From: a virus | DNA: 42,533 nt | Reading direction: 5' to 3' (one strand) | IMG/VR virus record: IMGVR_UViG_3300010286_000001 | Notes under the pieces: generated by a model | Databases searched by the model: none | What the model saw: the letters and a program-made list of their open reading frames with translations, nothing else | What the model was told of the DNA's origin: nothing | Shown here: positions 17,469 to 25,760 of the stretch, piece by piece | How the letters are laid out: each line of letters begins with the position of its first letter | Numbering within the stretch: position 1 is the first letter of the stretch | Translations under genes and position numbers: made by a program

Positions 17469-18552
17469 AATACTCCAGCAGTTTTATCTTCTCTTTTAGG
17501 CCGTCTATATCGACGTGCGTGTAAATCTGTGTTGTAGATATATTTTTATGACCGAGCAACAATTGTACGCTGCGTAAATCTGCACCGCCTTTTAACAAGT
17601 ATGAAGCAAATGAATGCCTGCATTTGTGGGAGGTCTTGCGCTCTACCTCTTTCTTTTCTTTATTTGGATCCGCTGATTGTTCTAAGAATTTATTCAAGTC
17701 CTTGAAAAACTTATCGTAGCGATACCTAAAGGTGCTTAACGTCATGCGCTTGCCCGATTCATCGCTAATAACAAAATCGCCTTTGCGAGGTATGCTATTA
17801 AGCAGGTTCTTTAAATCATCACTTATTGGTATTATTCGCTCTGCTTTGCCTTTTGTTGTCTCCGATATTCTCTCGCCCTTCTCTGTGCGCTGCACGGCGC
17901 TGTGAACGCGAATAATTGAGTTGGGTATATCTATGTCCTCCCAGCGTAACGCAAGCGCCTCGCCGCGTCGCAGCCCTGTATAGAACAGTAATTTTATAAC
18001 GTAGCTAAATGGGTGCTCAAAGTTTAATATTTCCTTAATGGTTTCCGGCTTGAATATCTCAACCTCTTTTTGCGCAGGCTTTTTGAGCTTGATATTTTCG
18101 GCAACATTTTTCCTGCAATAACCGTTTTCAACCGCACTGCGCAACATCGCAGACAAGATAAAACGGACTTTCTTTTTTCGACTGAAAGAATAGTCGCTCA
18201 AGGAATTAATAACAGCCTGTATGTCAATCGGCTTTAACTGGTCTAGCTGCTTGTCGCCAATAATCGGAATAATGTTTTTCTCGATGATTACCTTATATTC
18301 GTAATACGTCCCCCATGCTACGGCCGGGGGCTTTTTATATGTGTTGAGCCAATAAAGCGCCCATGCTGAGGTTTGTTTGCGCTTTATTGCTTCTTCTTTA
18401 CCCCTTTTAACCCACTCGTCATATTTAGCCTTCGCCTCTTTAGGGGTTTTGCCATAAAATGAACGCCGCCCAGTTTCGTCGCGCTTTGAATATTCAATTA
18501 AGCCGCTTTTATGAACGCGATAACAACCGTCCCCGTAAGTGCGCTTTTTCAT
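17467..18552 (-). CDS. int: Tyrosine integrase
   Basis: 361 aa; [16 protein letters not shown] and [39 protein letters not shown] contain the R..H-x-x-R..Y catalytic signature. Confidence 0.9.
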   Translation of the reverse strand: MKKRTYGDGCYRVHKSGLIEYSKRDETGRRSFYGKTPKEAKAKYDEWVKRGKEEAIKRKQTSAWALYWLNTYKKPPAVAWGTYYEYKVIIEKNIIPIIGDKQLDQLKPIDIQAVINSLSDYSFSRKKKVRFILSAMLRSAVENGYCRKNVAENIKLKKPAQKEVEIFKPETIKEILNFEHPFSYVIKLLFYTGLRRGEALALRWEDIDIPNSIIRVHSAVQRTEKGERISETTKGKAERIIPISDDLKNLLNSIPRKGDFVISDESGKRMTLSTFRYRYDKFFKDLNKFLEQSADPNKEKKEVERKTSHKCRHSFASYLLKGGADLRSVQLLLGHKNISTTQIYTHVDIDGLKEKIKLLEY

Positions 18553-18764
18553 CTGGCCAACTCCCTTTCCGCTTCAGCAATCGGGCGGTCGAACTCGAAA
18601 TCGTTGTTTCGAATATGTTCTAGTTCGTGTTCAAGGGTTTTGCGCTGCATCTCGTATGACAGATTGACGTTAATATAGACATTGTAGTCGCCGTTATGGT
18701 CCAAGAGCGTTTGCCCATATACAAACGGCGGCAAAGGGATATATCTAATAATAACGTCGTCCAT
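18549..18764 (-). CDS. Minimal ImmA/IrrE-like metallopeptidase (HEXXH)
   Basis: 71 aa; [25 protein letters not shown] matches the ImmA core; sits directly downstream of the XRE repressor and overlaps the int start. Confidence 0.6.
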   Translation of the reverse strand: MDDVIIRYIPLPPFVYGQTLLDHNGDYNVYINVNLSYEMQRKTLEHELEHIRNNDFEFDRPIAEAERELAR

Positions 18765-18767
18765 CGC

Positions 18768-19142
18768 TCATTCCTCCCCGCTACCCCTCAACGCTTTGAT
18801 TATTTTTTGATACTGCCTAAGCTCGTCGGGAGTCGCTTTTCTGGATAGTTTAAACAGCGCCCTAAGCTCCGGATTATCTTTGAAGTCTTGCAATATAGCC
18901 TCTAATTCATCATCCTCCTCCGCTTTAGCGGGGGATTTTTTTATTTCTCCGGACATTAATTCTGCAACGGAAATTCCAAAATAATCTGCGATTTGCTTTT
19001 TCGTTCTATTCGCCGGCTCCCCGCCATTTTTCCAGTTTGTATACGCGCTTTTGCTTATTCCTAAATCAGTCAAAACTTTTGTCGGCGCAACCCCAAACTC
19101 TTCGCATATTTTTAAATAACTGTCAATAAACACAAATATCAC
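18768..19142 (-). CDS. XRE-family (cI-like / ImmR-like) repressor
   Basis: HTH LTDLGISKSAYTNWKNGGEPANRTKKQIADYFGISVAELM; divergent from the early operon. The start is ambiguous (GTG 19142 or GTG 19133). Confidence 0.8.
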   Translation of the reverse strand: MIFVFIDSYLKICEEFGVAPTKVLTDLGISKSAYTNWKNGGEPANRTKKQIADYFGISVAELMSGEIKKSPAKAEEDDELEAILQDFKDNPELRALFKLSRKATPDELRQYQKIIKALRGSGEE

Positions 19143-19192
19143 CTTACTTTTTAGTAATTAGACACAAATCGACAAAATGTTCATAAATGTAC

Positions 19193-19221
19193 TTGACAGA
19201 ACACGACACTTGTACTACAAT
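19193..19221 (+). promoter_or_regulatory. Early rightward promoter TTGACA-17-TACAAT
   Basis: TTGACAgaacacgacacttgtacTACAAT, surrounded by repeated TGTAC(T/A) and AAATGTTC motifs (candidate operators). Confidence 0.6.
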
Positions 19222-19391
19222 GTACTCAACAGGACAAAACACAACAAAATAACCGCCCGATAAAAATACTATATCGGGAAATAGTAATACTATTCTGAAC
19301 TTATGGCGTTTTTGATAGTATCACAAATGTTCTGTTTTGTCTACTATTGTCTTAAAATTTGTACACTTGCACAAAGAAGGGAGGTGATAAT

Positions 19392-19556
19392 TTGGAATAT
19401 TTAACCATTAAGCAGGCGGCCGAAAAGCTCCAGGTAAGCACCAAGACTATCACGCGCAGGATTAAGGACGGTTCCATTCCCTGCTACAAGCTCGGATTCA
19501 GAACTATCAGAATACGCGACGTGGACCTTCAAAATTACATAAACAGCAAAAAGTAA
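19392..19556 (+). CDS. Excisionase-family / Cro-position HTH DNA-binding protein
   Basis: TTG 19392 lies 6 nt after gaagggaggtg. MEYLTIKQAAEKLQVSTKTITRRIKDGSIPCYKLG is a typical MerR/Xis-type HTH. Confidence 0.65.
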   Translation: MEYLTIKQAAEKLQVSTKTITRRIKDGSIPCYKLGFRTIRIRDVDLQNYINSKK

Positions 19557-19571
19557 AGGACGGGGTTTTAA

Positions 19572-19997
19572 TTGAGAAGCGGAAAGTATTATCGCGGAAT
19601 CAAAGTCAATGGCCGCAAGATTGATTATCACCGCTATCTCATGGAGCAAAAACTCGGCAGACCGTTAAGCCGCTATGAGGTTGTTCACCACAAGGACGGC
19701 AATAAGCAAAACAACAGCATCGACAATCTTGAATTAAAGACTTTACCAGAGCACTCCAGGGAACACATGACGAGCCGGAAAATGAAGGCTGAGACGAAAG
19801 CGAGGATGAGCGCATCACGCAAGGGAAAGCCGAATTATGCCTGCCGCAAACTCAATGCTTCACAGCTCGCCTTTGCCCAAAAGATGCTTGACAATGGAAT
19901 GACATACCGAACTGTAGCACGACATTTTGGTGTAGATCATACAACAATTATGCGATACTGCCGCAAACCAAATCAGCAAGAGCGGGAAACAGCGTGA
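19572..19997 (+). CDS. HNH endonuclease with a C-terminal HTH
   Basis: VVHHKDGNKQNNSIDNLELKTLPEHSREH (HNH_3 pattern), then MTYRTVARHFGVDHTTIMRY. Confidence 0.8.
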   Translation: MRSGKYYRGIKVNGRKIDYHRYLMEQKLGRPLSRYEVVHHKDGNKQNNSIDNLELKTLPEHSREHMTSRKMKAETKARMSASRKGKPNYACRKLNASQLAFAQKMLDNGMTYRTVARHFGVDHTTIMRYCRKPNQQERETA

Positions 19998-20004
19998 GAG
20001 GGAT

Positions 20005-20616
20005 ATGAAAATCATAAATTACCGCCGGCTGTCCGAACAAGAACGCCAAAGCTATTTTGAAAACAGATTCAACCGGATTTACTTTGCAACCGTATGGACC
20101 ATCATGCTTATAACCCTGTTCTGGCTTCTAGTCCTCGCGCTGATCCAGCCAGCCCCGACGATCGCTCCCGAGCCGCCGGCCACCGCAGCACCGGACGGAT
20201 ACATAACCCCTGCGGCCTTTATCGAGCCCGAGCCAACACCTTTTCAGCCAAGGTACGAGCTGACCCCTGACGAACGTGATATCGTTGAGCGCACTGTCAT
20301 GGCTGAGGGCGGAAACACTGAGGACCTGAAAGGACTGATGTATATTGCCCAATGCATCCTCAACGCAAGCGAGCTTGACGGTATCCGACCCGACGAGGCG
20401 GTGGAGTTATACCAATACGCGCCGCCGGCCGAAGAGGTAAACGACCGTGTGCGGGAAGCAGTAGCGAGGGTATTCGACCAGGGCGAAATGGCGACAAACG
20501 AGCCAATCCTATTTTTCTACGCGCCGAAATATTGCCGCAGCGACTGGCATGAGAGCCTGGTCTTCGTGGCCGAGCATGGAGGGCACCGATATTTCAAACT
20601 ACAGGAGGTGGGATAG
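20005..20616 (+). CDS. Membrane-anchored SleB-like cell-wall hydrolase domain protein
   Basis: N-terminal TM (IYFATVWTIMLITLFWLLVLALI), a Pro-rich linker, then ERTVMAEGGNTEDLKGLMYIAQCILNAS, which resembles Hydrolase_2/SleB. Confidence 0.55.
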   Translation: MKIINYRRLSEQERQSYFENRFNRIYFATVWTIMLITLFWLLVLALIQPAPTIAPEPPATAAPDGYITPAAFIEPEPTPFQPRYELTPDERDIVERTVMAEGGNTEDLKGLMYIAQCILNASELDGIRPDEAVELYQYAPPAEEVNDRVREAVARVFDQGEMATNEPILFFYAPKYCRSDWHESLVFVAEHGGHRYFKLQEVG

Positions 20617-20618
20617 AA

Positions 20619-20771
20619 ATGAGAATTATACCGGAAAATCAGCGCGATATAAAGGAACTTCTCTACGAGCAGGTGCCGATGCTCATAGAGAAGTTAAAGG
20701 CTTGCGACGCTAAGGATTCGCTATGTGTTGTAAAAGCTATACTCGAAATTTCTCAAATTGGTTCGAAATAG
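20619..20771 (+). CDS. Hypothetical 50-aa protein
   Basis: ATG 2 nt after the previous stop; in-operon spacing only. Confidence 0.35.
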   Translation: MRIIPENQRDIKELLYEQVPMLIEKLKACDAKDSLCVVKAILEISQIGSK

Positions 20772-20869
20772 ATTGCACTACTGAGTTGAAGAAATCGGAT
20801 ATTTGCTTCGCGTTAAATGCATTGAGGCGATAATACCCCCAAATATGACAAAAGGCAAGGAGGAGAACA

Positions 20870-21025
20870 ATGGAGGAGTTTGAGAAAATCTCAAGAGCGC
20901 GGTTTCGGGAACACACGCTACGCCAGGCCAGGAGAAGGCGATTGCGGATAGTAGCTTCAGTAATATTCTGCCTTGTCTGGTTTCTGCTGACGGTGACGGC
21001 GATCATACTAATTCGCACTTGCTAG
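20870..21025 (+). CDS. Hypothetical 51-aa protein with a C-terminal TM
   Basis: Strong RBS aaggaggag; MEEFEKISRARFREHTLRQARRRRLRIVASVIFCLVWFLLTVTAIILIRTC. Confidence 0.45.
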   Translation: MEEFEKISRARFREHTLRQARRRRLRIVASVIFCLVWFLLTVTAIILIRTC

Positions 21026-21036
21026 GAGGTGACGTA

Positions 21037-21195
21037 GTGAAGCGACGTAATCCTCTCCCCCGTCATGTGTTTGTTTGTTCCGGTTGCGGACGGAGCATTT
21101 ACGAGGGCGAGTGGTTTTTAGACGAAGGCGGCGAACAGTATTGTACTCAATGCCGACCTTTACACCACAAAATAGCAACGTATGTCAAGGGCTAA
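21037..21195 (+). CDS. Hypothetical 52-aa zinc-ribbon protein
   Basis: RBS aggagg 7 nt before GTG; CSGCG...CTQC. Confidence 0.45.
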   Translation: MKRRNPLPRHVFVCSGCGRSIYEGEWFLDEGGEQYCTQCRPLHHKIATYVKG

Positions 21196-21272
21196 GATAG
21201 TTAATCCGTGTTGGTATTGTACAAGCAATCGTAACAGCGGTTGCGAAGAAACGTGCAAGGAGCGAAAGGAAT

Positions 21273-21533
21273 ATGAGAAACGGCTTGGAAGTTACCGTAA
21301 GGATAAGAACACTCAGCGACGAAGACGTACATAAACTTTGCGATGCGATAATGCGCCAGGCAGCGGAGGACTATCGGACGTTGCGCTCTGGCGGCAAGAT
21401 ACCTGAAATGCCGTATGAAAGCATAGAGTTCCTGACCGAGTTTTTCTATAGCGATTGGGCGCAGTTGCTTTGCCGTAAGACAAACCCGCTTACGATACTT
21501 CGGCTTTTGCAGATGGAGCGTGATGCGTCGTGA
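21273..21533 (+). CDS. Hypothetical protein upstream of the sigma factor
   Basis: 86-aa ORF whose stop overlaps the sigma gene start (GTGA). An alternative 50-aa Cys-rich ORF at 21182-21334 overlaps its 5' end, so the true start is uncertain. Confidence 0.45.
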   Translation: MRNGLEVTVRIRTLSDEDVHKLCDAIMRQAAEDYRTLRSGGKIPEMPYESIEFLTEFFYSDWAQLLCRKTNPLTILRLLQMERDAS

Positions 21534-22054
21534 AGGAAATTGTGCCGCCTACGCCTGAACAGCAAAAATTGGTCGAAGCTAATCATAACTTGATTTACCA
21601 CATTCTCGATTTGAACAAGTGTAGTATCGAAGATTATTACGGTGCAGCGGCAATCGGTTTGTGCAAAGCTGCAATTGACTACGACGGACGTAACGGAACG
21701 CCATTTGCAAACTTTGCGTGTTTGTCTATTACGCACGAGGTTTGGAAAGAGATAAATCGGCGTGAGACTAAAAAGCGTAAGGAGAAAACGGTATCGCTTG
21801 ACTTCCCTATTACGCCGACGCTTACGCTTGGAGAGACGTTGCAAGACTTAGAAACGCCCGAAACGATTATGTTTGCACAAGACATTTTGAGCGAGATATG
21901 CAGACTGCGTGGCAAGAATGGCAAGTTGCTAATGCTTAAACTGTCCGGCTACTCAATGAAAGAAATTTCACAGATAACTGGCTTGAAAATCAGCTCTGTT
22001 GGCGATGCGATATTCAGGGCAAAACGTAGGTTGATAGCTACAGGGGTGATTTAG
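21530..22054 (+). CDS. Phage-encoded sigma-70-family (region 2 plus region 4, ECF-size) RNA polymerase sigma factor
   Basis: YYGAAAIGLCKAAIDYDGRNGTPFANFACLSITHEVWKEI (region 2-like) and LMLKLSGYSMKEISQITGLKISSVGDAIFRAKRRL (region 4 HTH). Confidence 0.8.
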   Translation: MKEIVPPTPEQQKLVEANHNLIYHILDLNKCSIEDYYGAAAIGLCKAAIDYDGRNGTPFANFACLSITHEVWKEINRRETKKRKEKTVSLDFPITPTLTLGETLQDLETPETIMFAQDILSEICRLRGKNGKLLMLKLSGYSMKEISQITGLKISSVGDAIFRAKRRLIATGVI

Positions 22055-22055
22055 T

Positions 22056-22322
22056 TTGAAAAAGAAGAAAGTCAACCCCCGCCGCCGACCTGCCACAATG
22101 CAGGATATGGAGCGAGCGAAACGAGCGGCGCAGGAAGAAGCGGTTACCAATGCGATGGCGATATTCTTTACGGTGCTAATCGACAAAGGGCACGCAGGCC
22201 CGGAACGGTTGTTGCGGATATGGCGGGATGTAAACGAATTGAGCGATAGCATTATCAAGGGCTATGTCAATGTTAGCGATTTGAGAAACACGCTGAAGCG
22301 AGAATACGGAATTGAAGTGTGA
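22056..22322 (+). CDS. Hypothetical protein
   Basis: 88-aa ORF packed between the sigma factor and the repeat protein. Confidence 0.5.
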   Translation: MKKKKVNPRRRPATMQDMERAKRAAQEEAVTNAMAIFFTVLIDKGHAGPERLLRIWRDVNELSDSIIKGYVNVSDLRNTLKREYGIEV

Positions 22323-22333
22323 AAGGGGAAAAA

Positions 22334-23224
22334 ATGATAAAAGGTTACAAAGTATTCAACCCTGATTTTACTTGTAGAGGGTTCCAGTATGAGGTTGGAA
22401 AAATCTACGAACACAATGGCCCGATAAGCATTTGCAAAGCGGGTTTCCATTTTTGCCGTACTGCCGCCGATTGCTTTAATTACTATCCGTTTAACCCGAA
22501 GAATAGGGTTGCGGAGGTTATCGCGCACGGCTTAGTTGAAAGCGACGGAACTAAGAGTGTTACTAATAAAATAGAAATTGTGCGGGAAATTCCTTGGAGC
22601 GAGGTTTTGGAAATTGTCAATATGGGCGAGGCGTGTACTGGTTTAAGGAACACGGGCGACTGGAACACGGGCGACTGCAACACGGGCAACTGCAACACGG
22701 GCGACTGCAACACGGGCAACCGCAACACGGGCGACTGGAACACGGGCGACCGCAACACGGGCGACCGCAACACGGGCAGCTACAACACGGGCGACTGGAA
22801 CACGGGCAGCTGGAACACGGGCGACTGCAACACGGGCAACCGCAACACGGGCAGCTGCAACACGGGCAGCTGGAACACGGGCGACTGGAACACGGGCTTT
22901 TTCTCAACCATTACGCCTAAAGTTGACCTTTTCGAGAAACCCACAAACATGACTGCCGAAGAAGTAAACAGCCTCAAAGGTATGCAAATCCTTAACTGGA
23001 ATTATGAGAACAACTGGTGGATTTACAGCGAGAATATGAGTGACGAGGAAAAGAAAGCGCATCCCGAGCATGAAACGTTGGGCGGTTATCTAAAATCCGT
23101 TCCGTTCAAAGAGGCATGCAAGATAATGTGGGACAATCTGACCGAGGACGAAAAAACAGAAGTCAAGAAACTGCCGAATTTCGATGCGGATATATTTTAT
23201 CGCATAACTGGTATAAGGGCATGA
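22334..23224 (+). CDS. Pentapeptide-repeat protein (about 16-17 x NTG[DNS]x) with a conserved Cys-containing N-domain
   Basis: N-domain KGYKVFNPDFTCRGFQYEVGKIYEHNGPISICKAGFHFC, then NTGDWNTGDCNTGNCNTGDCNTGNRNTGDW... ATG 22334 follows aaagggga. Confidence 0.75.
   Translation: MIKGYKVFNPDFTCRGFQYEVGKIYEHNGPISICKAGFHFCRTAADCFNYYPFNPKNRVAEVIAHGLVESDGTKSVTNKIEIVREIPWSEVLEIVNMGEACTGLRNTGDWNTGDCNTGNCNTGDCNTGNRNTGDWNTGDRNTGDRNTGSYNTGDWNTGSWNTGDCNTGNRNTGSCNTGSWNTGDWNTGFFSTITPKVDLFEKPTNMTAEEVNSLKGMQILNWNYENNWWIYSENMSDEEKKAHPEHETLGGYLKSVPFKEACKIMWDNLTEDEKTEVKKLPNFDADIFYRITGIRA
22649..22897 (+). repeat. 15-bp in-frame tandem repeat (aacacgggcRRctRS), about 16.6 copies
   Basis: Direct reading; it underlies the pentapeptide array and creates spurious ORFs in four other frames. 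Confidence 0.9.
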
Positions 23225-23451
23225 AAAGCGACTACATACTCTGCCCCTACTGCGGCGGCGAGGTCTATCGATACGACAATCTGTATCAGCACAACGGCGA
23301 CACGCTATGCCAATATTGTTTACGCGATTATGTTATGGAGCAAATCAAACAACTAACCGATGCGGAATTGATTGACTTGTTCGAGATGCGCGAGATTACG
23401 CCAAGTGAGTTCGTGGCGGGGCTGATTGGGATTGTGGGAGGCAAGATATGA
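23221..23451 (+). CDS. Small zinc-ribbon protein
   Basis: ATGA overlap start; MKSDYILCPYCGGEVYRYDNLYQHNGDTLCQYC. Confidence 0.55.
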   Translation: MKSDYILCPYCGGEVYRYDNLYQHNGDTLCQYCLRDYVMEQIKQLTDAELIDLFEMREITPSEFVAGLIGIVGGKI

Positions 23452-24179
23452 AAATATTAGTTGCGTGCGAGGAAAGCCAGGCGGTAACAATCGAATTAAG
23501 GCGGCTCGGACATGAAGCATATTCTTGCGATATTGAACCATGTAGCGGAGGGCATCCGGAATGGCATATACAGCAGGATGTTATACCACTGCTAAATGGA
23601 AATTGTAGTTTTAAAACTTTTGATGGCACGGTACATAACGTTTCGGGTAAATGGGATATGATAATCGCTTTCCCGCCCTGTACGCACTTGGCGGTTAGTG
23701 GTGCGAGATGGTTTGAACAAAAGCGCAAAGACGGCAGACAGGAGGAAGCAATCGAATTCTTCATGCAATTTCTTAATGCAGACTGCTGCAAAATAGCGGT
23801 TGAAAATCCGGTCAATATCATAAGCGGAGACTACATAAAAAATCACTTCCCGCACCTTCATCAAAAATACGCGTTACCAATAAAACCAACGCAAGCAATA
23901 CAGCCTTATGAGTTCGGCGACAGAGCAAGGAAAAAGACCTGCTTATGGCTAAAGGGACTGGAACCGCTTAGGCCAACCGTTGTTGTTGACCCTGGAGAAA
24001 TTCTTGATGGCGGATATTCCACTGGTGCAAGCGCTCATTATGCGGTCGATGAAAATGGAAAGATTCTTCCGTGGAACGACCCAAGAACCGCTAAAATCCG
24101 CAGCAAAACCTTCCCAGGCATCGCCCGCGCAATGGCTGAACAATGGGCAGGACAAGCTGAGGAGGTACACAATGCCTAA
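23448..24179 (+). CDS. C5-cytosine-DNA-methyltransferase-like protein (PC and ENP motifs, no canonical FxGxG motif I)
   Basis: WDMIIAFPPCTHLAVSG (motif IV-like), KIAVENPV (motif VI-like), TCLWLKGL. The N-terminus is KILVACEESQ instead of a SAM-binding loop. Confidence 0.6.
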   Translation: MKILVACEESQAVTIELRRLGHEAYSCDIEPCSGGHPEWHIQQDVIPLLNGNCSFKTFDGTVHNVSGKWDMIIAFPPCTHLAVSGARWFEQKRKDGRQEEAIEFFMQFLNADCCKIAVENPVNIISGDYIKNHFPHLHQKYALPIKPTQAIQPYEFGDRARKKTCLWLKGLEPLRPTVVVDPGEILDGGYSTGASAHYAVDENGKILPWNDPRTAKIRSKTFPGIARAMAEQWAGQAEEVHNA

Positions 24180-24230
24180 CCTAACCGACACATTCGACCC
24201 GAAACTATGCGAGGAAAGGAGTGCTGACAC

Positions 24231-24380
24231 ATGACACTGCTCGGCATCGCCCTTTTATTGCTCACCATCATTATAACAGTTTTATGGTACGGCACGGAAC
24301 CGGACAGTAAGGCAGAGATAGTGTTAAGCCTACTTGGTATGGCAATGGGTACAGTTGGGCTGACATTGATTTTGATTTAA
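24231..24380 (+). CDS. Hypothetical 49-aa two-TM membrane peptide
   Basis: MTLLGIALLLLTIIITVLWYGTEPDSKAEIVLSLLGMAMGTVGLTLILI; ATGA-coupled to a 20-codon ORF upstream. Confidence 0.35.
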   Translation: MTLLGIALLLLTIIITVLWYGTEPDSKAEIVLSLLGMAMGTVGLTLILI

Positions 24381-24551
24381 TCGGAAAGGAGAAATATGAA
24401 ACTTATCGGAACAAAGCCGAACGAAACGGCAGATGAAAACTCCACTTCCCGAACCGCCTAAGGACGAACCCCAACGTGGCATTTGCAAATCAACTGAATT
24501 GCCGTGCTCTGGTTGTCAACCAGTGTGCGAGCATGAAAAGGAGAATGAAAT

Positions 24552-24788
24552 ATGAACAATACAATGAAGGTAATTATCCGAAACATTGATGGTTCAGAAG
24601 AAATTAATCTCGGAGCGTACCATTTCACAGATATTCAGCCCTTAGTTGAACTTTATCGTAAGCATGAGATATATATGCCTTCATGCGAAACAGCGTGGTT
24701 TTACGGCACTCTGATTGTGCCAGGGTGCAACACCCTTGAGATTATAGTAGATTATCAACCCCCTGCTGAACCGCCAAAGGAGGGGTGA
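24552..24788 (+). CDS. Hypothetical protein
   Basis: 78 aa; RBS aaaaggaga. Confidence 0.55.
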   Translation: MNNTMKVIIRNIDGSEEINLGAYHFTDIQPLVELYRKHEIYMPSCETAWFYGTLIVPGCNTLEIIVDYQPPAEPPKEG

Positions 24789-24967
24789 AGATGGAGAGAT
24801 ATTTATGCGACACCTGCCTATACGCAAAAAACTGCCAGTTTATTGCCAAGCACAGAGAAGGGGCAATAGGATGTTCGGCAGGGTTTGGCTGGTGCGAGAA
24901 TATGGATAGAGGAACGCACGACGAGTTTTATTGCGCAAGCGGCAAACGATTGGAGGTAGAGCCATGA
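24785..24967 (+). CDS. Cys-rich small protein, paralogue family member 1 (ends ...FYCASGKRLEVEP)
   Basis: CDTC...C...C...GWC...HDEFYC pattern, shared with the C-terminus of 25963-26259. Confidence 0.55.
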   Translation: MKMERYLCDTCLYAKNCQFIAKHREGAIGCSAGFGWCENMDRGTHDEFYCASGKRLEVEP

Positions 24968-25405
24968 AGATTGAGAAATGTCCGTTTTGCGGGGGAGAAG
25001 CGGATATAGAAAGAAATCCCAGGAAGCCCGTTTACGAATGAGACGTACATGTGGGCTGTTGGGTGCAAGGATTGCAACATCGGATGGTACAAAGAAACCA
25101 AAGCCGAAGCCGTCGCCGCGTGGAACCGCAGAACTGGTAAGGACATTAATGTCGCTACCAACGCAGACCGCATACGGAGCATGAGCGATGAGGAACTACA
25201 TAAATTTCTGCTTGACTTCGAGGCCGGAGATGTTGATTATGCTAAAACATTTTGTGACCTATGCTGTAAAGATGCAGCCCTTGAACAAAGAAGCACTGAT
25301 TGTGACGGTTGTTTGCTGTGGTGGTTAAAAAACGACGCAACACTACCGCAAGGAATTGACTGGCTCAAACAGTCCGCAAAGGAGGCGGAGCGTAATGTGG
25401 AGTAA
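24964..25405 (+). pseudogene. Lar-family restriction-alleviation homologue interrupted by a +1 frameshift (24964-25041 in one frame, 25010-25405 in the next)
   Basis: MKIEKCPFCGGEADIERNPRKPVYE(stop) in frame 1. FTNETYMWAVGCKDCNIGWYKETKAEAVAAWNRRTG in frame 2. Together they rebuild the Lar signature CPFCGG...C..C....EA..AWNRR. Confidence 0.6.
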
Positions 25406-25760
25406 ATCACTAGAAGTTCTTAACCCATATGAGGCTTCGTTGAAAATGCTTGAAAATAGCAATTCATTCTCTGTTACGCAGAAATTTGCCGTACGGGTCA
25501 TAGAGATGCACGACGAAGCGATATATAACGCCGTAGTCGAAGCGGCGCGAGAAGCGGGCATCAATCAATTACACCTACTCGATAAAAAGTTTGTGCTCGA
25601 AGCCCTTCGTGAAAAAGTGGAACGCGAGAAAGGTTGCAAGTATTGCCAAGACAAATCATACAAACAAAAAGGTTATTACGTTGACGACCCGGAGGGTGAA
25701 ATTGTGGGGATAAACCATTATTGCATGAACTGCGGTAAACGATTGGAGGTAGAGCCATGA
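25395..25760 (+). CDS. Hypothetical protein with a C-terminal Cys cluster (ends ...HYCMNCGKRLEVEP)
   Basis: ATG 25395 lies 9 nt after aggagg; the 3' 27 nt are near-identical to the 3' end of 24785-24967. Confidence 0.55.
   Translation: MWSKSLEVLNPYEASLKMLENSNSFSVTQKFAVRVIEMHDEAIYNAVVEAAREAGINQLHLLDKKFVLEALREKVEREKGCKYCQDKSYKQKGYYVDDPEGEIVGINHYCMNCGKRLEVEP

Noticed and set aside
20737-21018. 93-aa minus-strand ORF
   Set aside because: It runs opposite two plus-strand small ORFs that have strong RBSs and sit in a uniformly plus-strand early operon. It has no promoter or RBS on the minus strand.
22594-22920. ORFs in alternative frames and strands across the 15-bp repeat (HGRLQHG..., CCSCPCC..., PVLQSPV... 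products at 22483-22977)
   Set aside because: They are mechanical consequences of a 15-bp tandem repeat staying open in several frames. Only the NTGxx frame has an RBS, flanking non-repeat domains and operon context.
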